Shown in pieces: positions 17,550 through 26,500 of a DNA stretch of 64,000 nt (positions are counted from its first letter, which is position 1; each line of letters begins with the position of its first letter). Origin of the DNA: an uncultured Gammaproteobacteria bacterium (GTDB lineage Bacteria; Patescibacteriota; Patescibacteriia; UBA9934); the NCBI GenBank assembly GCA_964599455.1, contig CAZREA010000004.1, forward strand, positions 1,628 through 65,627. The letters are read 5' to 3'. The notes below the pieces were generated by a model that was not told the origin of the DNA, did not search any database, and saw only the letters and a list, made by a program, of their open reading frames with translations. Made by a program: the position numbers and the translations under genes.

Positions 17550-20456
17550 ATGCCCGACACTACCGCCCCCCAGCGATCACCTCACTCGCAAGACGAAGTA
17601 AATCTTTTGGAATACTGGGAAAAACACCAAATTTTTGAGCGTTCGGTCAATGAACGCCCGGAAGCAAAACCCTATACATTTTACGATGGTCCGCCGTTTG
17701 CCACCGGTTTGCCGCATTATGGGCATATTGTTGCGAGCGTCATGAAGGATGTGGTGCCACGTTTTTGGACCATGCGCGGTTATCGAGTTGAGCGTAAATG
17801 GGGCTGGGATTGTCATGGTTTGCCGATCGAAAATATTGTCGAGAAAAAGTTTGATTTCAAATCCAAAAAAGATATTGAAAATTTTGGCATCGGCAAATTC
17901 AATGAAACGTGCGAGTCGGTGGTTTTGGATTATGTCGAGGATTGGAAAAAGGTCATTCGTCGATTGGGTCGTTGGGTCGACATGGAAAATGCCTACAAAA
18001 CCATGGACTTGCCGTTCATGGAATCCATTTGGTGGGTGTTTAAAACCATGTGGGAAAAAGGGCTTATTTACGAAGGCTACAAGCCCATGCACATCTGCCC
18101 TCGATGCGAGACCACGCTGTCAAACTTTGAGGTCAGTCAGGAATATGCCGATGTCACCGATATTTCAGTCACGGTCGCGGTCAATCTGACGAGTGGCCAC
18201 CATGAAGGCGCAAAAGTATTAGTGTGGACCACTACGCCATGGACCTTGCCGGGAAATGTATTGATTGCTGTCGGTGCAGACATGGAATATGCGCTCGTAG
18301 AAATGGAAGGGGAAAAATATATTCTCGCTTCATCATGTGTCGAGCGTGTGTTTGCGGGAAAATTGTATAAAGTCATGGAAACGTTTTCGGGTTCAACGCT
18401 CATCCATGCAACCTACGACCCAATCTTCCCGTACTTCCTTCATCACGCCAATGCATTCCGTGTTGTTTCGGCCGATTTTGTTTCCGATGAAGAGGGAACG
18501 GGGATGGTGCACATCGCTCCTGCATACGGAGAAGATGACATGCGTTTGGGCGAAGCAGAAAAAGTGGCACCTCTTTTTCATGTCAAAATGAACGGTCATT
18601 TTATACCGGAAGTATCTGAACCGCTTGAAGCCGAGGGATATCGTGTTGGCGAAGTGCCCGTGAAGGCAAAGGGAGCATATAGCGAAATAGATATTCAAAT
18701 CATCAAATGGCTCGCACATCACGGAAAACTTTTTGCCAAAGAAAAGCTCGTCCATAGCTATCCGCATTGCTGGCGTTGCGATACGCCACTTTTGAACTAT
18801 GCAACCCATTCTTGGTTTGTGCGGGTGTCGAGCATGGTTGATGATTTGGTGAAGAATAACGAGTCAACACATTGGGTGCCGGCAAACATGAAATACGGCC
18901 GTTTTGGCAAACGTCTCGAAGGCGCACGCGATTGGGCAATTTCGCGTTCACGTTTTTGGGGAACACCGTTGCCGGTTTGGCGGGCAGAAGATGGAGAGAT
19001 TCTCGTTATTGGCTCAAAAGAAGAATTGGAGAAATATGTGGGGCATGCGGTCACGAATTTGCACAAACATGTCATTGATTCTTTAGCGATCGAGAAAGAC
19101 GGCAAAATCTATCGTCGTATTCCTGAGGTTCTTGATTGTTGGTTTGAAAGCGGATCAATGCCGTACGCGCAGCTTCACTATCCTTTTGAAAATAAGGAAG
19201 GATTCGACAAGAAGTTTCCTGCAGACTTTATTGCTGAAGGACAGGATCAAACCAGTTTATGGTTTTACACGCTCCATGTCATTGGTAATGTGCTTTTTGG
19301 CAAACCCGCGTTCAAGAATGTGATTGTCAACGGGATTGTATTGGCGGAAGATGGAAAAAAGATGAGTAAGCGTCTAAATAATTATCCTGACCCGATGATG
19401 GTGATGGAAAAATATGGTGCTGATGCCGTGCGGTATTACCTAATGTCAACACCGGTAGTGTCGGCAACGGATTTACGTTTTAGTGAATCAGGTGTGGAAG
19501 AAGTGGGGAAAAAATTCATCACGATTTTGCGTAATGTCGTTTCGTTCTACAAATTGTACGCTGAGCATGACGACTATCGTTCGCCGAGCAATAAACATGT
19601 TCTTGATGCGTGGATTGTTGCTCGACTGAACGAGACGCTCGAAGAACAAACACGCGCCATGGAATCGTATGAACTTGATCATGCTGCTCGTGTGTTGCAA
19701 ACATTTGTTACTGATCTTTCCACGTGGTACGTGCGCCGCTCACGCGATCGCATGAAGACCGAAGGCGATGATCGCATCGAAGCGCTTGCAACCTTGCGCT
19801 ACGTTTTGGAAATGTTCTCAAAGATGCTCGCGCCCTTTATGCCGTTTTTGGCCGAGATGATCTATCGTGAGATCGGACAAAAATCCGAAGGTGCATCGGT
19901 ACACTTGGAAACCTGGCCTGTCACTGTAAAGACAGTCGGGTCGGTCGTCTCTGGGGACGTACTCGAGCAAATGGGTATCGTCCGCGCGCTGGTATCTCGC
20001 GCCCTCGAAGTTCGTGAACAAGCAGGAATCGCCATTAAACAAGCCCTTGGTGAAGCAACGCTCTCGGTGCCCTCCGGCGATTTTGCGGACGCATACGTAC
20101 AAGTTTTTTGTGATGAACTCAATATCAAAAAAGCAACCGTACAAAAAGGAGATCTTGGCGTAACGCTAAATCTTGCCCTTACTCCCGAACTTTTGCGCGA
20201 AGGTATGGCTCGTGAAATTACGCGCAAGATTAATGGTATGCGCAAAGAGGCAGGGTTGAGTATTCAGGATCGCATTAGTGCCGCGATTTTTTCGGACAGC
20301 GACGAGGTTAACGTGATGCTCGACGAACACGGTGAATCATTACGTGTCGACATTCTTGCGACCGAGTTGCACTTTGGCAAGCATGATGATTGGGAACACG
20401 TCGCTTCGTTCCGTGTAAATGAAATTGATGTGTGGATTGGGTGGACGATAATGTAG
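17550..20456 (+). CDS. ileS: isoleucine--tRNA ligase (type 2)
   Basis: 'PPFATGLPHYGHI' HIGH region; 'WGWDCHGLP'; 'KMSKR' KMSKS; 968 aa. Confidence 0.9.
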   Translation: MPDTTAPQRSPHSQDEVNLLEYWEKHQIFERSVNERPEAKPYTFYDGPPFATGLPHYGHIVASVMKDVVPRFWTMRGYRVERKWGWDCHGLPIENIVEKKFDFKSKKDIENFGIGKFNETCESVVLDYVEDWKKVIRRLGRWVDMENAYKTMDLPFMESIWWVFKTMWEKGLIYEGYKPMHICPRCETTLSNFEVSQEYADVTDISVTVAVNLTSGHHEGAKVLVWTTTPWTLPGNVLIAVGADMEYALVEMEGEKYILASSCVERVFAGKLYKVMETFSGSTLIHATYDPIFPYFLHHANAFRVVSADFVSDEEGTGMVHIAPAYGEDDMRLGEAEKVAPLFHVKMNGHFIPEVSEPLEAEGYRVGEVPVKAKGAYSEIDIQIIKWLAHHGKLFAKEKLVHSYPHCWRCDTPLLNYATHSWFVRVSSMVDDLVKNNESTHWVPANMKYGRFGKRLEGARDWAISRSRFWGTPLPVWRAEDGEILVIGSKEELEKYVGHAVTNLHKHVIDSLAIEKDGKIYRRIPEVLDCWFESGSMPYAQLHYPFENKEGFDKKFPADFIAEGQDQTSLWFYTLHVIGNVLFGKPAFKNVIVNGIVLAEDGKKMSKRLNNYPDPMMVMEKYGADAVRYYLMSTPVVSATDLRFSESGVEEVGKKFITILRNVVSFYKLYAEHDDYRSPSNKHVLDAWIVARLNETLEEQTRAMESYELDHAARVLQTFVTDLSTWYVRRSRDRMKTEGDDRIEALATLRYVLEMFSKMLAPFMPFLAEMIYREIGQKSEGASVHLETWPVTVKTVGSVVSGDVLEQMGIVRALVSRALEVREQAGIAIKQALGEATLSVPSGDFADAYVQVFCDELNIKKATVQKGDLGVTLNLALTPELLREGMAREITRKINGMRKEAGLSIQDRISAAIFSDSDEVNVMLDEHGESLRVDILATELHFGKHDDWEHVASFRVNEIDVWIGWTIM

Positions 20457-20511
20457 GGATCAGGCATACCTGATCCCAAAAGAAAAAAACGGACCAAGAG
20501 TCCGTTTTTTT
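20456..20511. terminator. tandem hairpins after ileS (second is a bidirectional intrinsic terminator)
   Basis: GGGATCAGGcataCCTGATCCC, then A-run ACGGACcaagagTCCGT T-run. Confidence 0.6.
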
Positions 20512-20526
20512 ATAGATCCGAAAACG

Positions 20527-20712
20527 CTATTCATCAATCCCTTGTTTATTCAGGGCATCATTTCTTAGAATTTCTTGAACTTTTTTTTGAGCGTCTGGAA
20601 GAAGACTCGCGATATCTCTAGTGACATCCTTTATATTATCCGGTGGTTGAGTATTGGGAGTTCGTTCTTGTGGTTTTGGTGCTTGAATCCTAATTATTTT
20701 TGAATCGCTCAT
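20527..20712 (-). CDS. small hypothetical protein (~61 aa from internal Met)
   Basis: ORF only; lies between ileS and the ileS-end duplicate. Confidence 0.3.
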   Translation of the reverse strand: MSDSKIIRIQAPKPQERTPNTQPPDNIKDVTRDIASLLPDAQKKVQEILRNDALNKQGIDE

Positions 20713-20885
20713 AGGATAATAGTAAAGATATAAATTATAGAATAAAGTATACTCCAATATTGTAATTTATAAAAAAGCTGATTTAATTAACAAAACTGCG
20801 GCAAAGGTTGTCATTGAATGCGCAACTTCATGTGCATACTAATGGCAACAACGTGTTTAGCTCATATTCAAGGGGCCGATCGGGT

Positions 20886-20928
20886 GAGTGAAATTGATGT
20901 GTGGGTAGGATTGAAGCAAGATGCGTAA
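20886..20928 (+). other. duplicated ileS 3' end (encodes ..SEIDVWVGLKQDA*)
   Basis: 16/16 nt identical to ileS 20420-20435 and in-frame homology to NEIDVWIGWTIM*. Confidence 0.6.
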
Positions 20929-20940
20929 AAAAAACATGAG

Positions 20941-20971
20941 CGCGGCCGATCTCCGAGAGGTCGGCCGCGCA
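20941..20971 (-). terminator. GC-rich intrinsic terminator H1 after paralog A1
   Basis: GCGCGGCCGA-loop-TCGGCCGCGC, T-run on minus strand. Confidence 0.6.
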
Positions 20972-20991
20972 CGTCGTTGATAGAGGTTGGT

Positions 20992-21576
20992 TCAGATCTC
21001 GTCGGGACGATCGATTCCGAACTTGGCCTGTACGGCCCTGACCCGTTCGGTGAGCTTGATGATCTCCTCTCGGCTGGAGAAGCCGTCGATCGTGAAGTCG
21101 ATGTCCTCTTCCAACAGGAGCTTGAGCATCCTGATCTCGCGCTCGAGCCCGTGGGCCAAGAGCTGTGCCATCGGGTCTTCCGGAGTATTCACCAGGGAGT
21201 CGAGCATGCTCTCAACCTTCTCCTTGTAGGTGAGCGGGACGGAGGACGAGCGCCTGCGTCGTCGCAAGAGTTTGCTCAAGCGGTGCAGCAGGTTCCAGGG
21301 GATGGCGTCCGCCAGGAAGAGGAGAAGCTTCAGCCTGCGGGACTTTGCGTAGGCTACTCCTATCACACCGTGGTTGACCTCGAACAGGCCGACGTCCTCG
21401 TCGTGACTGTTCCAGACGATGTAGATGCCGTCTGGCAGCGCGTCGGTGTCCGCGGTGCTGATGATGACCCCGTTGTGCTGGATATCTACGTTGAAGTTCC
21501 CGTGTTCGCCCCGCCGCCGTACGCGATAGGAGCCAGGGTTCAGGACTCTTCGGCGATCACCTGTTCTCTCGTTCAT
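20992..21576 (-). CDS. GC-rich cassette gene A1 (194 aa); shares N-terminal domain with A2 and A3
   Basis: GAGGAG SD before internal ATG; 'SYRVRRRG..LPDGIYIVW..GLFEVNHGV' N-domain; GC-rich. Confidence 0.55.
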   Translation of the reverse strand: MNERTGDRRRVLNPGSYRVRRRGEHGNFNVDIQHNGVIISTADTDALPDGIYIVWNSHDEDVGLFEVNHGVIGVAYAKSRRLKLLLFLADAIPWNLLHRLSKLLRRRRRSSSVPLTYKEKVESMLDSLVNTPEDPMAQLLAHGLEREIRMLKLLLEEDIDFTIDGFSSREEIIKLTERVRAVQAKFGIDRPDEI

Positions 21577-21757
21577 GGCACTCTCCTCAATGTACGGGTG
21601 ATTGGTGGTACTTGACGACAGTTCTTTGTCGTCACCTTTTATCTTCCTTTTTGTAAAGAAAGGCAAAAGGTGACGTTGAAGCAACGGAAGATAGTAGAAA
21701 AGACCGGAGATTTTGTAAAGGAGAGAGGAAATCAAGAAGAGGAGTCCCATAAAAACA

Positions 21758-21795
21758 GTTCGCGGTCGATCCCAAGAGGAATCGACCGCGTGAAC
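21758..21795 (-). terminator. GC-rich intrinsic terminator H2 after A2
   Basis: GTTCGCGGTCGAT-loop-ATCGACCGCGtGAAC, T-run on minus strand. Confidence 0.6.
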
Positions 21796-21807
21796 GAGAG
21801 GTTTCTT

Positions 21808-22269
21808 CTACGAAGGTGCGTGCGCAGACTCGTTGCCGAGCTCGGCCTCATGGTTGGGGGAGCGCAGAAGGGTGTCGAACGGACTTCTGGTGGACAGTGC
21901 GAGCTCCTCGAACACGCCTTGGCCCTCCTCGTCGTCCTCCACCACTCGCAGGGACGGCCGGGGTCTGCCGACCACTTGGAGTGCTGGCCCTTGGCCTTTG
22001 CCACCCTGGATGAGTCGTGGTGGGTAGCTCGACGTCGAGCGCACCTCCTCGTTGCTCTTGGCGTTGCGCGGTACACCTCCGACCACCGCGAACGTCCCGA
22101 CGACCACCTGGTCCAAATAGAGGACCTCGTAATCTCCGTCGAGAAGCGGGCGCGAGCACTGTGTGACCCGCCCACTCCTGTACTCGATCGTGACGCGAGC
22201 GATTCCTTTGCTCTCGTCTCCCCGCGGCCGTACTCTGTAGACTCCTGACTTCTCAGCTTCTGTAGTCAA
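21808..22269 (-). CDS. GC-rich cassette gene A2 (153 aa), TTG start with GGAGG SD
   Basis: 'VYRVRPRG..PLLDGDYEVLYLD..GTFAVVGGVP' N-domain shared with A1 and A3. Confidence 0.55.
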   Translation of the reverse strand: MTTEAEKSGVYRVRPRGDESKGIARVTIEYRSGRVTQCSRPLLDGDYEVLYLDQVVVGTFAVVGGVPRNAKSNEEVRSTSSYPPRLIQGGKGQGPALQVVGRPRPSLRVVEDDEEGQGVFEELALSTRSPFDTLLRSPNHEAELGNESAHAPS

Positions 22270-22387
22270 CTCAGCCTCCGCTTTGCGTTCATTGAACGCG
22301 TCAGGTGAATAGTTATCGTCTTAAGGACGGCGCATCTTACACGCAAAAGATGTTTTTTGTAAAGGTTTTTGGCTATAAAAACATAAC

Positions 22388-22417
22388 GCGGTCGACTCTC
22401 CGAAGAAAGTCGACCGC
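22388..22417 (-). terminator. GC-rich intrinsic terminator H3 after A3
   Basis: GCGGTCGAC-loop-GTCGACCGC, T-run on minus strand. Confidence 0.6.
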
Positions 22418-22501
22418 ACGAAGGGTGAGTTGCCTGCAGCGGTCAGGCGTCGCCGACCTCCTTTCTGGGGTGTAGTGAGCGATGGGGGAAGTAGTTGTTG
22501 C

Positions 22502-23221
22502 TCAGTCCGGGGTGGAGTCTTGCTCGACCGGTTCGTCCTCGATCTCGACGGTTGGCTCGGACTCCTGCGAGGCTGCCTCGCTGGTGCTCGAGGTCGGGAA
22601 CTCGGTCGCCTTGAGGGCGTCGAGTCGTCCCAGGAGCGTGTCGAGGTCCTCCGGGCTGCTGAAGCCGGCGGTTTTGAGCACGTCCTGATAGCCCTCGCTC
22701 TGTTTGCGGATCTCTACGGCCAACTCGCGGAACGGAATCATCATCGCCTCGAGCCCCTCCATCGTCCGCGACCAGTCCTGTACCATCTCCTCGATGAGTC
22801 TCGGCTCCAGCTTTTGTATCTTGCCGCAGTGGGGGCAGGACTCGCCTTTCGCCGCCGCCGCGAGCATCTCCAGGGGCATGAGCTTGCGCTCTGCCCACTG
22901 CTTCCAGGAGGATGGTTCACGCTTACCGCCTGCGCTGAAGCGCAGGAACACGACAGGACCACCTGCCAACAGCAGGTCCAAGTCGAGCTCGGCCCTTCTG
23001 TACAGCCGCCTTGCCTGACCGGGCACACCGTTCTGCACGGTGAAGCGGCCGATCTGCGTTCCCTCGTAGAAGATATCGTAGTCCCCATCCGTGAGGGGGG
23101 ACTCGCCAGTGGAGAAGATCTCGGCGGTCTGGCTGTCGATCTCGACCGGAATGATAGCCTCCTGGCCCTGCAGACCGACCATGTAAGCGGAACGGGTGGG
23201 TTGTTGTTGGGGTTCGGACAA
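22502..23221 (-). CDS. GC-rich cassette gene A3 (~239 aa; start chosen at TTG with GAGAGG SD; track start 23311)
   Basis: 'AYMVGLQG..PLTDGDYDIFYEG..GRFTVQNGVP' N-domain; C-terminal 'CPHCG' and acidic tail. Confidence 0.5.
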   Translation of the reverse strand: MSEPQQQPTRSAYMVGLQGQEAIIPVEIDSQTAEIFSTGESPLTDGDYDIFYEGTQIGRFTVQNGVPGQARRLYRRAELDLDLLLAGGPVVFLRFSAGGKREPSSWKQWAERKLMPLEMLAAAAKGESCPHCGKIQKLEPRLIEEMVQDWSRTMEGLEAMMIPFRELAVEIRKQSEGYQDVLKTAGFSSPEDLDTLLGRLDALKATEFPTSSTSEAASQESEPTVEIEDEPVEQDSTPD

Positions 23222-23278
23222 GGTTGCCTCTCTCAGCCCGTGTGGGCGTTTGGTGATTGGTGCGTGGACAGCTTTTTC

Positions 23279-23331
23279 TTCGCCGTCACTTTCTGCTTTT
23301 GAAGCATTCAAGTTCAGAAAGTGACGGCGAA
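23279..23331. promoter_or_regulatory. perfect 17-bp inverted repeat (TTCGCCGTCACTTTCTG / CAGAAAGTGACGGCGAA, 19-nt spacer)
   Basis: Sits about 60 nt upstream of A3 and between divergent genes; operator-like or hairpin. Confidence 0.4.
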
Positions 23332-23429
23332 AAACTGTTCTTTTTAGCGAAAAATCTCCTTTTTGTCAAACTCCGTCCCAAAACATACAGCAAAAATCAG
23401 CCCATATCGTACAATGAACAAAGAAAACT

Positions 23430-24269
23430 ATGAAAGACATCTCTTCCCATCTCCTGTTGTGTACGACCAACGACCCCGAATCTCTGCTTATTACCAAGAT
23501 TGCTCGGGCGCTTTTTCTCCCGATTCTTTCTTCTGCTCAACAACACGGTGCCCGTCTGAGCCAAGAATCTCATCTTTTTGATCGCGTTCGAGAAATGACA
23601 TCAGAAGCGAAAACGATCGTCATTGTAGAAATTCCTGGTCCCGATGAAGAAGGCATACTGAGAAAGGCGGGATATGAAGTGGTGATTATCGATCATCACA
23701 CCTACCCCAATCTCAATCGCATGCAGCCGCAATCGTCACTTGAACAATTTTTGCATTATTTTGAAATTTCCGACGAGAATTTGCTTGGTGTTGGATTTGA
23801 ACCGTATCTGGTAAAAGGTGTGGGTTGCATTGATCGCGGTTTTTTGTGGGAATTACAAAAAGATGGCTATAGCGATGAAGAGGCGCGACAGATTCGAGAA
23901 TATTACGTTGCACTTGAACGAGAAGTTGATCCGCGGTTTACCGAAGTCATGCAGATTGCGAAGGAGGCGTGGGAGCACAGAGAGTTACACGAAGGTATTT
24001 GGATTATTCGTTCATCGCATCAACAGGTGCATATTCGCAATGCAATTTCATTTTTGTTTGCCGATGCCTTTCCTCACGAAGCACCACCGGCGATTATCGT
24101 TGAGGGTGACGGCAAAATCACATTACAAGATCATGATCGTGCCAAGGAATTCTTTACTGCTTACGGCGGTTATCTTTTTGGAATGGAAACATGTTGGGGC
24201 ATAACGCCAGAGATGGGTGTCGTCCCCACCGTGGACGCTCTTTTGGCCAGACTCAGCGACATACGCTAG
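23430..24269 (+). CDS. hypothetical protein (279 aa)
   Basis: ORF only; 'VVIIDHHT' is weakly DHH-like. Confidence 0.45.
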   Translation: MKDISSHLLLCTTNDPESLLITKIARALFLPILSSAQQHGARLSQESHLFDRVREMTSEAKTIVIVEIPGPDEEGILRKAGYEVVIIDHHTYPNLNRMQPQSSLEQFLHYFEISDENLLGVGFEPYLVKGVGCIDRGFLWELQKDGYSDEEARQIREYYVALEREVDPRFTEVMQIAKEAWEHRELHEGIWIIRSSHQQVHIRNAISFLFADAFPHEAPPAIIVEGDGKITLQDHDRAKEFFTAYGGYLFGMETCWGITPEMGVVPTVDALLARLSDIR

Positions 24270-24282
24270 AATTGTCGTAGCT

Positions 24283-25050
24283 ATGCCGACAGATATTCAC
24301 CAGACGTTGTCCAAGCTTGGTCTTACCGATGCTGAGGCGCGCATGTATCTTTCTTTACTGAAATTGGGGACGCAACCCGTACAAAGTATTGCGCGTGAAG
24401 CGCGTGTTTCGCGCACGGCTGCGTATGACGTCATTTCCTCCCTAATTAAAAGAGGACTGGTTGCTTCTACCACGCAAAGTATGAAACGCGTGTTTGTGGC
24501 TGAAGATCCGGAGAAATTGGAATCGTATTTTTTGCAACGCGCCAAAAGTTTTGAAACTGAACTCGAAACTCTGCGCCGCTTGATGCCGGAAATGCGCGTG
24601 CTGCAAGGAGGTCTTGATGCAAAACCGCGGGTGCGCTTTTTGTCGGGAATCGAAGGTTTCAAAGCGTTGTTTCGCGATGTCGAAATGGTCGCACCTAAAG
24701 AGCTTTTAGAAATCTCCAATATCGATACTGTATACAAATATCTCGATCGCGCCATTTTAGAAGAGGCGCGCTCCGTCATTAATTACGAACGAACGAGCGT
24801 GAGGCTGCTACATGCGGGAAAATTGTTGCGCAAATCACCTCACGCGCAGTATCGCACCATGACCGGACCCTTTTTAGATTTTCAGGGAGATGTGTGGATT
24901 TATGCCAATCGTGTAGCGATGTTAAATTATGTTTCGCGCATCGAGGTGGTGTTACTCGATCATCAAGTGTTTGCTGATACCTTACGCGCGCTCTTTTTTA
25001 CGACGTGGCAGCAGAGTGCCGAATCAACCCTTGAACAACAAACTTTGTGA
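24283..25050 (+). CDS. TrmB-family transcriptional regulator (start moved to internal Met)
   Basis: N-terminal wHTH 'DAEARMYLSLLKLG..VSRTAAYDVISSLIKRGLV'. Confidence 0.55.
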   Translation: MPTDIHQTLSKLGLTDAEARMYLSLLKLGTQPVQSIAREARVSRTAAYDVISSLIKRGLVASTTQSMKRVFVAEDPEKLESYFLQRAKSFETELETLRRLMPEMRVLQGGLDAKPRVRFLSGIEGFKALFRDVEMVAPKELLEISNIDTVYKYLDRAILEEARSVINYERTSVRLLHAGKLLRKSPHAQYRTMTGPFLDFQGDVWIYANRVAMLNYVSRIEVVLLDHQVFADTLRALFFTTWQQSAESTLEQQTL

Positions 25051-26066
25051 CGAAGTTTTTTCTTCATTGGCTACAGGATGAAATCATGATCCCGCTCTAT
25101 CAAAAGCGAGCGAGTGATACTTTGGATAGCATGCGCACCATTGGAGAAATTGATGCGTTGTGCGTTATTCCACAAAGCCCACCGCATCATGCGGAAGGCG
25201 GAACGATCTCAGCGCATCTTTTGCGTGCGCTCACTGCTCTTGAAGGCATTGCTGCGGGTGTATCGATATTGTTTGTTGAAGAATTTGTCCGTGAACGACA
25301 ATTGGAAGGTTTCTTTTTGCGCCTGGAAAAAACGATCAAAGAAAATACTCCTCTTTTGCGCGCCTATATTCTTTGTCACGACTTAGGCAAACAAGATACG
25401 GCAACACACGACGGTACTTGCTGGCATTATCCGCAGCATGCCCATGTAGGTGCAGCAGAAGCGTATGCAGCGGTGCGCAGTGAAATATTGTCGCGTTGTG
25501 GTGTGGAGGTTGCGCATGCAAAAATGCTTCGTGAACTCGTTCGTTATCACATGCAAATTATTGCGCGTATCGAAAAAACCGATAATGTGGCTCTTTTGCA
25601 TTTTTTAGAAAACGCCGCGGATCGTCAGGGAATACACACCAAGCGCTTTTTGGCATTACTGCCCGCGTGCCTGTTTCTTGATGCCATTTGCGGCAGTCTT
25701 ACAAAACAAGAGGAGCAAGAATCAGCGCAAACGTCTTTGCTGATCGCCTACGCTAAAGCTGAGCGTGAAGCCTGTCCTTCGCAGGCGATTGAGGATAATT
25801 TGTTGATTACCCGCAAACGCCGAACGCGAGTTCGAGAGATTTTGCGAGGGGAAGGATTGGATTTTGAAGAGATATTTAAACTGTTGCACACACCTTTTGG
25901 TGAAGCGCGCGGTCCGGTAGCTCGAGCGCTTACGCGATATATCAAGAACATTGCTGATGACCAAGACGCGGCAGTGATTGGGATCGAATACGCAGAAATA
26001 ATCGCTGAGCGGGCAGCCGAGGTTCGTCGTCGATTGGAAGAGGAGGGGTTGTTAGGATATGTGTGA
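25047..26066 (+). CDS. HD-domain phosphohydrolase-like protein
   Basis: 'ILCHDLGK' HD motif and additional His clusters. Confidence 0.55.
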   Translation: MTKFFLHWLQDEIMIPLYQKRASDTLDSMRTIGEIDALCVIPQSPPHHAEGGTISAHLLRALTALEGIAAGVSILFVEEFVRERQLEGFFLRLEKTIKENTPLLRAYILCHDLGKQDTATHDGTCWHYPQHAHVGAAEAYAAVRSEILSRCGVEVAHAKMLRELVRYHMQIIARIEKTDNVALLHFLENAADRQGIHTKRFLALLPACLFLDAICGSLTKQEEQESAQTSLLIAYAKAEREACPSQAIEDNLLITRKRRTRVREILRGEGLDFEEIFKLLHTPFGEARGPVARALTRYIKNIADDQDAAVIGIEYAEIIAERAAEVRRRLEEEGLLGYV

Positions 26067-26487
26067 TTTTCCTATGCTCATTCGCAAAAGCGCCCTCCTC
26101 CTCCTTAATCCCGACTCAACGCAATTTTTAGTTACCCGAAAAAACGACAGCACGGTGACTGACTGGCTGCTGCCCGGCGGGACGATTGAAGAAGGGGAGA
26201 CGTTGATCGACGCGTTAGTGCGAGAAATTTGGGAAGAATTGCAATGCGAAGTCGATAAAACAGGTATTGAATTGATTGGCGAATACGAAGCGCCTGCTGC
26301 CGGTCGTCCGGGGCAAATTGTGCACATTACGCTTTTCCGAGCAACGATTGCTGGTACTCCACGTGCTTCGTCGGAAATTAAAGAATTAGGTTGGCTTTCG
26401 AAAGAAGATGTGACGAATCCCGAGGCAAGTGAAACGATTCGATTGCATCTGATTCCCGATTTGGTGAAACGTGGCATTCTTTTGTAA
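26059..26487 (+). CDS. Nudix hydrolase
   Basis: Nudix box 'GGTIEEGETLIDALVREIWEELQ'. Confidence 0.75.
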   Translation: MCDFPMLIRKSALLLLNPDSTQFLVTRKNDSTVTDWLLPGGTIEEGETLIDALVREIWEELQCEVDKTGIELIGEYEAPAAGRPGQIVHITLFRATIAGTPRASSEIKELGWLSKEDVTNPEASETIRLHLIPDLVKRGILL

Positions 26488-26500
26488 GATGTAAGGGAGT

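Noticed and set aside
20977-23302. Long ORFs antisense to the GC-rich cassette genes (e.g. 20977..21615 +, 21670..22248 +, 22430..23302 +; also 28477..29322 +, 38907..39662 -, 30605..31143 +)
   Set aside because: High-GC coding DNA lacks stop codons on the opposite strand. These ORFs lack SD signals, overlap better-supported genes completely and have low-complexity Arg/Gly/Pro-rich translations.
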